From Octopus sinensis (lineage: Eukaryota), in NCBI RefSeq assembly GCF_006345805.1, contig NW_021836829.1:1-55985 (forward strand): 55,985 nt of DNA, in the 5' to 3' direction. The translations under genes and the position numbers were made by a program. This document shows positions 55,086 through 55,985 of this stretch, piece after piece. The stretch's first letter is position 1. The number at the start of each line of letters is the position of its first letter. The notes below the pieces were generated by a model, which saw only the letters and a list, made by a program, of their open reading frames with translations, ran no database searches and was not told where the DNA came from.

Positions 55086-55647
55086 CACATGCACCAAAAT
55101 ATATACACAGATATGTTTTATATTTGTTAAATAGTTTTTGGTTCTGTGCGTTTGTTTGTGCGCGTTATGTATTTTCAGTTTGGTTATTGGCATTTATTAA
55201 TGACTTGGTGTGTATGTGCATGTATAGGGGTATGAATGTGCGTATGAATGTGGTTCGTGCATGAATATGGTGTGTGTGTGTGTGATGTGTGTGGGGGTGT
55301 ATCTCTGTGTCTCTGTGTGTGTTTGTCTGTGTGCGCATGTGTATACGTTCTTCTGACAAGGGAATAACGCAAAAAAAGAAACCCATAATGTAATTTGTTG
55401 GTCTTTTAACTCAACGTCCTAATGAGACGAAGGGATTTAGATGTTCAATCTGTTATATATATGTATGTAGGCATTCAAACTTACACACACATCTATGTGT
55501 ATGTATGGCATATCTATGCATATGCGCATGCGTAAATTAGACATACATACACACATCTATGCACACACACATATATATACATACACAAATACGTACATGT
55601 TATACAAGAGACTTGCATATACAAAGATGCATATATGCACTCACACA

Positions 55648-55695
<48 letters not shown>

Positions 55696-55696
55696 A

Positions 55697-55946
55697 AATT
55701 AATAAATAAATAAAACATATGCATATATACATATATGTACGTACCTACCTCTACATGTATATATACATGCATAATGGGTACAGGACACCAAAAAAAAAAT
55801 GTCGAACACAATGAGAAACGAAAACATAAACACAAAACCAAGGAAATGGACATATTTCTTAAACAACGAAAAAATATAGTACAGACATACAAAACAAGAA
55901 AATTCCCCCTCTTCAGCGCCTTTGTTTCATCTACTCCACGTTTCGA
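55697..55946 (-). mobile_element. Family P3 element, longest copy, with hammerhead-type boxes
   Basis: Minus strand TCGAAACGTGGAGTAGATGAAACAAAGGCGCTGAAGAGGGGG, containing GAAA and a canonical CUGAAGA. Bounded by (TA)n. Confidence 0.6.
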
Positions 55947-55985
55947 TATATATATGTGTGTGTGTCTGTGTGTTTATGTGCGTGT

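Overview
AT-rich, repeat-dominated eukaryotic DNA. The (TA)n/(TAA)n/(GAT)n microsatellites and the SINE families look like an octopus (cephalopod) genome; this is inferred from repeat content and was not checked. I cannot support any intact host gene, and almost all listed ORFs are microsatellite translations (IYIY, HTHT, poly-I/Y/D). The window is most likely intergenic or intronic. It contains: (i) three tRNA-derived SINE families, here called A, B and C; (ii) R4/Dong-clade non-LTR retrotransposon fragments, one with an intact restriction-like endonuclease C-terminus inside a (TAA)n tract; (iii) a decayed Tc1/mariner transposase and a separate Tc1-like end; (iv) a non-autonomous Helitron; (v) several short elements abutting (TA)n that carry hammerhead-ribozyme-like cores (Penelope-like or retrozyme-like). 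Most interesting: SINE B forms 'one head + n bodies' arrays, apparently by inserting into its own head, and a candidate partner-LINE 3' end sits at the same site. A second family (P1) keeps a non-canonical hammerhead-like core with a conserved stem and variable loop.
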